This document shows, in pieces, positions 61,420 to 64,000 of a DNA stretch of 64,000 nucleotides. A model generated the notes under the pieces. It ran no database searches, was not told where the DNA came from, and saw only the letters and a program-made list of their open reading frames with translations. Source of the DNA: Chlorokybus atmophyticus (lineage: Eukaryota > Plantae > Mesostigma and Chlorokybus algae); contig RHPI01001921.1 in NCBI GenBank assembly GCA_009103225.1, positions 122,719 to 186,718 of the forward strand. The letters are read 5' to 3'. Each line of letters begins with the position of its first letter. Positions within the stretch are counted from its first letter, which is position 1. The translations under genes were made by a program, and so were the position numbers.

Positions 61420-62455
61420 CTTGTGAACTTGTCAAACAGGCACACTGCAAGCCAAACACCCAGTACCTTGTAGAGTAGAAGCTGCTTCAGCTTCTTGCCA
61501 GCTGAACACGACAAAGGTAAGCCTAACAGCAAGCTAGCAGGCAAATGGCATGTGCATGCACAAACATGTGCTTGTGAACTTGTCAAACAGGCACACTGCA
61601 AGCCAAACACCCAGTACCTTGTAGAGTAGAAGCTGCTTCAGCTTCTTGCCAGCTGAACACGACAAAGGTAAGCCTAACAGCAAGCTAGCAGGCAAATGGC
61701 ATGTGCATGCACAAACATGTGCTTGTGAACTTGTCAAACAGGCACACTGCAAGCCAAACACCCAGTACCTTGTAGAGTAGAAGCTGCTTCAGCTTCTTGC
61801 CAGCTGAACACGACAAAGGTAAGCCTAACAGCAAGCTAGCAGGCAAATGGCATGTGCATGCACAAACATGTGCTTGTGAACTTGTCAAACAGGCACACTG
61901 CAAGCCAAACACCCAGTACCTTGTAGAGTAGAAGCTGCTTCAGCTTCTTGCCAGCTGAACACGACAAAGGTAAGCCTAACAGCAAGCTAGCAGGCAAATG
62001 GCATGTGCATGCACAAACATGTGCTTGTGAACTTGTCAAACAGGCACACTGCAAGCCAAACACCCAGTACCTTGTAGAGTAGAAGCTGCTTCAGCTTCTG
62101 CCAGCTGAACACGACAAAGGTAAGCCTAACAGCAAGCTAGCAGGCAAATGGCATGTGCATGCACAAACATGTGCTTGTGAACTTGTCAAACAGGCACACT
62201 GCAAGCCAAACACCCAGTACCTTGTAGAGTAGAAGCTGCTTCAGCTTCTTGCCAGCTGAACACGACAAAGGTAAGCCTAACAGCAAGCTAGCAGGCAAAT
62301 GGCATGTGCATGCACAAACATGTGCTTGTGAACTTGTCAAACAGGCACACTGCAAGCCAAACACCCAGTACCTTGTAGAGTAGAAGCTGCTTCAGCTTCT
62401 TGCCAGCTGAACACGACAAAGGTAAGCCTAACAGCAAGCTAGCAGGCAAATGGCA
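61420..62455. repeat. Near-perfect tandem array of a 151-bp unit (about 7 copies)
   Basis: Units start at 61420, 61571, 61722, 61873, 62024, 62174 and 62325. The copy at 62024 has a 1-bp deletion. Confidence 0.96.
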
Positions 62456-62969
62456 GTCCAGAATGCTAGCGGCACAACACCATGCTGTATTTGCTAATTG
62501 CAACGACGTGACCCAGCATGCAACCACTAGAAAGGCAGTGCGACAAGACAGCTGACAACGCTCGCTCACCTCGCCACAGCGCCGCCGCCGCCAACACAAC
62601 CAGCAAGTACGCCGGTGCTGTGGGACAATCAGTGCAATTCCCGGTGCGGAAATCCCTGCAATCAATGGAATGCAGTGATCGTTCGGAAAATCCACATCAG
62701 CAATTGTGCTGGTCGGACACCAGTCGCGTCTCCGCTTGCTCCGACCGCAATAGGCCGCACGAGCAATTGCCGTGGAAATTGCCTTTTGTCGAAACTTTGA
62801 TTGCCAAAATGAACTCTATGTTTATTGGTCCATACAAACCAAGCGAAATTACATTCTCTATTTCCGATGAAATCTTCCATGTCCGAGGACGGTGTCTGTG
62901 TGGCTTACCCCAAACTATAAGTAACCCTAACCCAAACATCCAATGCATGCTGGTAGTTGTGCTGCAACA

Positions 62970-63879
62970 ATGGACCCCCCTGTACCCATGCGCACCATGA
63001 ATGAGGCTCTAACGCAGGCGCTCCTCGCAGTCGGGCGGCGATTAGTGGGACTAGGTCAGGTCTTGACACAACCGTGGAACGGCTATGTGGACTCTGGCGA
63101 TGCTCGCTATCATCAGGTATCTTTCTCGCTATTCATGGTGTGAGTTGCGTGCGCTATGTCACTCTGCATGCTGCTGACTATGCATGCCACTATGCATGTG
63201 CCATACTGTTGCGCATTGTTTGTACATGCGTATGCCTTGTGTGCGATTTGGGTTGAGTTTGCCTGTGTAGTGTGCATATGTTTGTCCTGCTATGATAGGA
63301 ACGCCTATATATATGCACAGCTCTGATTGCTACCATGCAGCACCCTTGCGCGTTACATGCCGTGCATGTCATGCCATGCTACTGCCTGAATGCGTGTCCA
63401 GTTCATGTCCATAACAATAGAGGCGCTGCCTATGCATTTGCATCAACTTCTGGCGCACGTTTATAAATGAATGCGATGCAACATGCGAGTTAACCTGTAA
63501 ACTTGTTTGTCAGGTCCAATTATGCAATTGGGAGCTTTCAACTCGTGGAATTGTTCATCAGGCACCCATTGCGATTGCAGCTACTGTACAAACCGGTGTG
63601 TATGTGGCAGTCTCCGTGCATGAGAACACTCCCTCGCCTCCTGATGCGCCTCTTCCTGCTCGCACTATCATTGACTCGGGCACCTATGGCGCTGCTAGCC
63701 TGCGCGTTGTGATCGAGTGCGACAACAATATTGCTGCACGCTGGAGTGTGTTTACTGGCTCCGAGGTCCCTGCACCTGGTGCAACGCCCGGTACCAATCT
63801 CACACCAACTTGTAATGGAATTTCCCCCACTCGCGACCCTCCTAGTGAACCTAGTGACTCTGGTGACTCATCGCAATGA
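62970..63879 (+). CDS. Hypothetical two-exon protein (about 170 aa), function unknown
   Basis: Exon 62970-63116 (MDPPVPMRTMNEAL...DARYHQ|GT) splices in frame to the exon starting at 63514 (VQLCNWELSTRG...SDSGDSSQ*). Confidence 0.4.
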
Positions 63880-64000
63880 CCATTGCTCTACACACTTTGT
63901 TTGCCCTTTACACTGTGGTTACCGCTGAGCTGCTCTGCTGGTAATTCTCCAAGTGTGGCTGTTGCATGTGCAATTACTGATAACAGTGGGGTGTGTGCCT

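Noticed and set aside
61420-62455. CRISPR-like array or repeated 75-aa ORFs
   Set aside because: The units are contiguous with no unique spacers, the context is eukaryotic, and the ORFs only reflect the repeat.
62525-62536. CACTAG as a CACTA terminal repeat
   Set aside because: It falls inside the inferred first intron of the minus-strand gene, and no matching inverted end is visible.
63588-63600. ACCGGTGTG as the right end matching CACACCGGT at 57887
   Set aside because: It lies within an open exon, and the retrotransposon pol does not resume after it.

Overview
This is eukaryotic nuclear DNA: GC-rich exons, many short GT-AG introns and CA/GT microsatellites. The gene mix (an RLK/Pelle receptor kinase and LFR alongside flagellum-associated genes) suggests an early-diverging streptophyte green alga; this is inference only. 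The gene-dense part holds tRNA-Arg(CCG), a PAS/LOV-PAS/LOV-Ser/Thr kinase fusion, a SHIPPO-repeat (ODF3-like) gene, VPS60, an ALE2-like receptor kinase, an XRRA1-like LRR gene, LFR, a plastid S1-domain (PSRP-7/PETs-like) gene with a large internal repeat array, three small PB1-like gene copies, an SGNH-type gene and a purple acid phosphatase. From about 48 kb on, the window is mostly repeats and nested, decayed transposons (PIF/Harbinger, chromovirus Ty3/gypsy, CACTA-like). The best candidate for an undescribed system is the 3867-8342 gene. It has two LOV-type domains lacking the canonical photoactive cysteine motif, spliced almost without a linker onto a CIPK/SnRK-type (CAMK group) kinase rather than the AGC kinase of phototropins. 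Exon boundaries and family assignments were made by eye and from recalled motifs; no searches were run. Assembly gaps lie at 15166-16018, 40107-40518, 44610-44639 and 48031-48163.
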